Of a stretch of DNA of 10,785 bases, positions 8,668 to 10,785 are shown in pieces. How positions within the stretch are numbered: the first letter of the stretch is position 1; each line of letters starts with the position of its first letter. The notes beneath the pieces were generated by a model that did not search any database, had not been told where the DNA came from, and saw only the letters and a list, made by a program, of their open reading frames with translations. The position numbers and the translations under genes are program-made. Source of the DNA: Candidatus Latescibacterota bacterium (GTDB lineage: Bacteria > Latescibacterota > UBA2968 > UBA8231); contig CBDBIJ010000131.1 in assembly GCA_965205655.1 (NCBI GenBank), positions 1-10,785 on the forward strand, in the 5' to 3' direction.

Positions 8668-8787
8668 TTTGTCCGCGAATATCAAGTAATCAGCAAGTTA
8701 CACATTCACCAGGTCTCTCGCGCAGAAATCGATGACGGCGGGCGCTGTGGTGGTCTCGCGACGGCCTGAACAGACGAGGATATCACG

Positions 8788-9360
8788 ATGGCAGTTGTGA
8801 ATGATTTCGAGGCTGGTCCTGAAGGTTGGTGCTCCTACGACTATCATGCCAGCATGGTCGCCGGTGCGAACTACTTTGTCCTGACTACGTGGGAGGAAAG
8901 CGGTAGTGTCGGTGATTCGGGGTCCGTGTGGGCGGATCACACGCGTTGGAGCACTGACGTCCCGGAGAGACCCGTTTCCATCCTGCCGCTCATCCTGTAT
9001 CGCAACTGGCTCGGCGAGCCCCCGATCGATCTGCGCGGGTCAGGGCTCTCCGTCCAGCTCAGGGGAGACGAACTGAAGCTTGGCGACGCGGAGTGCTACT
9101 TCTGGGCCCACGCCAGCGGTACCCGCTGGCATTGCAAGGGTAGGCCAGTCGAGATCTCCGCTGGTCGCTGGGCTGAACCATCCCGGTTCACTCTCGAAAG
9201 CGACGAATCACTTTGGTACCGCAGCTGGGTCCGGGACCCCGCTAAAGCGGCTGATCTCGACACCGTGCTCGGGGGCGCCGCGAGCTACGGTTTTTCCTTC
9301 GTCGGCTTCACTCAGGAGGTAACTGGAAAGCTGTCGATGGGTCGCTTCGAGATTTCGTGA
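8788..9360 (+). CDS. Hypothetical protein (190 aa), Trp-rich, possibly a galactose-binding-like beta-sandwich (CIA30/CBM11-like)
   Basis: RBS GAGGA (8776-8780) before ATG, and the ORF fills the gap cleanly. It has an N-terminal NDFE...GW, a central DLRG..LSVQLRG and a C-terminal G.L.MGRFEI strand pattern, with 10 Trp and no signal peptide. The fold is inferred. Confidence 0.75.
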   Translation: MAVVNDFEAGPEGWCSYDYHASMVAGANYFVLTTWEESGSVGDSGSVWADHTRWSTDVPERPVSILPLILYRNWLGEPPIDLRGSGLSVQLRGDELKLGDAECYFWAHASGTRWHCKGRPVEISAGRWAEPSRFTLESDESLWYRSWVRDPAKAADLDTVLGGAASYGFSFVGFTQEVTGKLSMGRFEIS

Positions 9361-9387
9361 GAGTTCTTCCGAAACGTTCAGCCTTGT

Positions 9388-10429
9388 TCACTCTCCGGTC
9401 GATGGGATTTCTGTCGAATCGAGACCATCGGCCAGCGGCAGCGGCACCTGCGTCCCGGTCTTGTGAGAGATATGCATGGCCGTGATCACCTCGAGCGCCT
9501 TGAGCCCGTCCCGACCGGTCGAGACGCTCTCCCCGATTCTCCAGCAGGCAGTCGACACTCTCGCGCGCCGCCGCGTGGAATGAGTTGGAGAGACGGGCTG
9601 CGTCGGGCATATCGGGAATGGGTTCGAGGTCAAAGTGGGCACCGTAGCCCCCGTCCGGCTCCTCGACCAGCGGTCCGTACTCCCAGATGCCGCGACGGTC
9701 GCAGAAATTGATCCGTCCGGCGCTTCCGGCGATCGAAGCATGACCGAGGGTTTCTTTACGCTCGACGATGCAGTTGATGAAGATGACGATGTCTTCGCTG
9801 CAGGCGATCATCCCCGCTCCGCCGGGGTCGACGACGGGTTCGTCGTTGAGATAGCCGGAGACGAGCAGGGGTTCGGCTGGCGCGAGGTAGAGCGCACCGT
9901 CTACGACGTGCGTGCCATTGTGTAGCAGCGGGCGGCATCCGTCCCAAGTTACCGTCTTCATTTTGCCAACCGCTCCTGCGTCGATCATCTGTTTGAGCCT
10001 GCGATAATGCGGCAGGAAGCGGCGTGTGTGCTCCGTGATCAGCCGTGCTCCGGCGCGCTCACACGCCTCCACCATGGAGCGGCCGAGGGCCACGCTGATA
10101 GCCAGCGGCTTCTCCACCATTATCACCTCAATTCCGGCCTCGGCCGCGTCGATGACGGGTTGGTGGTGGTAGAGGTTGTGCGTGGTCACACTGACGACAT
10201 CCAGGTTCGCCTTCTCGTACATGTCCACGGCGGTGGGATAGCGGTGCTCCGGCGCGATTTCCCACTCTTCGCCGAACTGTTGCAGCCGCTCGGCGTTAAT
10301 GTCTGCTACGGCTACCAGCTCGGCATCTTCGCAGCAGCGATAGCCGCCAGCGTGAGAATTCGTCCGGGCTCCCAGGCCGGCCACAGGTCCGGCTCCGACT
10401 ATCCCTACTCTGACTTTCGACCTTGCCAT
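9388..10429 (-). CDS. Gfo/Idh/MocA family oxidoreductase (346 aa after correcting a one-base frameshift)
   Basis: RBS GGGAG, Rossmann motif VGIVGAG, LVAVADIN, DVVSVTT, EKP motif, HTRRF.P and HNGTHVVD. Deleting one base from CCCC 9531-9534 joins DCLLENR to ESVSTGRDGLKALEVITAMHISHKTGTQVPLPL, the family-typical C-terminus, and removes the overlap with the 8788-9360 gene. Confidence 0.9.
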
Positions 10430-10576
10430 ATGATATGCTCCCGTCGCAGTAATCTCGGCTCATGGCTCATTCGTTGCCAGCCCCCTGATGTCGTTACTCT
10501 GAGCTGAATGGGTCAGTCTGCGTCCAGGACGTAGCTCGCGTCGGCTGCAGTATCTTGCTTCGCATGAACAAGGTGG

Positions 10577-10752
10577 GGGCGGTCCGGTGTGTCGCGCTCC
10601 ACTCATGATCCGAATCGACCTTGTGCGATTCGGCCACATCCCTGTGCTCGCTCGCCATCCATGGCTCGCTCCGAGGTTTTCGCTCGCAGGCCGTCATCCT
10701 GACGGCCAGACTGCGAGCTCTCAATCCGTTCCGGCGACACACCGGACCGCCT
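10577..10752. repeat. Structured extragenic repeat element, copy 2 (176 bp; similarity extends to about 10560-10781)
   Basis: Perfect 18-bp inverted repeat GGCGGTCCGGTGTGTCGC (10578-10595) / GCGACACACCGGACCGCC (10734-10751). It has the same core and orientation as copy 1, plus an extra 40-nt two-hairpin module at 10607-10646. Confidence 0.92.
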
Positions 10753-10785
10753 TTGCCTGCCAACATCAGGTGGTCAGCTAGGCTT

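Noticed and set aside
9308..9530. C-terminal tail of the 373-aa track ORF and the separate 117-aa ORF 9388-9741
   Set aside because: Both are products of the frameshift at 9531-9534; together they form a single Gfo/Idh/MocA gene.
10430..10560. Possible riboswitch or operator upstream of the Gfo gene, including CGTCC-A-GGACG at 10521-10531
   Set aside because: No known aptamer motif recognised, and the short palindrome is within chance expectation at this GC content.
8531..10752. CRISPR array, integron attC sites, tRNA or group II intron remnant as the identity of the repeats
   Set aside because: No repeat-spacer periodicity or cas genes, no RYYYAAC/GTTRRRY core sites or integrase, no T-loop/cloverleaf, and no domain V motif recognised.
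8461..10781. Short ORFs over the repeat copies sharing the peptide RFSLAGRHPDG (8541-8735, 10587-10781), plus 8461-8769 and 10494-10766
   Set aside because: The shared peptide only reflects the DNA repeat. There is no convincing RBS, and the sequence is dominated by palindromic structure.

Overview
GC-rich bacterial chromosomal window with mostly metabolic genes: a classical SDR oxidoreductase, a three-domain acidic lipoprotein with an intrinsic terminator, then a tight + strand run of a ThDP-dependent enzyme, a cupin, an MDR-family dehydrogenase lacking zinc ligands, and a complete DNA polymerase I (polA). After polA, a convergent pair (a 190-aa Trp-rich hypothetical and a Gfo/Idh/MocA oxidoreductase) lies between two same-orientation copies of a highly structured non-coding element. 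Each copy has 17-18 bp terminal inverted repeats enclosing a variable number of hairpins whose loops read GGA on the minus strand, like CsrA/RsmA-binding sites. This element is the best candidate for something undescribed, but its function is inferred only. Two clear and one possible single-base frameshifts all sit in G4/G5 runs, which suggests homopolymer sequencing errors; the apparent ThDP-cupin fusion in the ORF track results from one of them. No rRNA, tRNA, CRISPR array, transposase or integrase was recognised.
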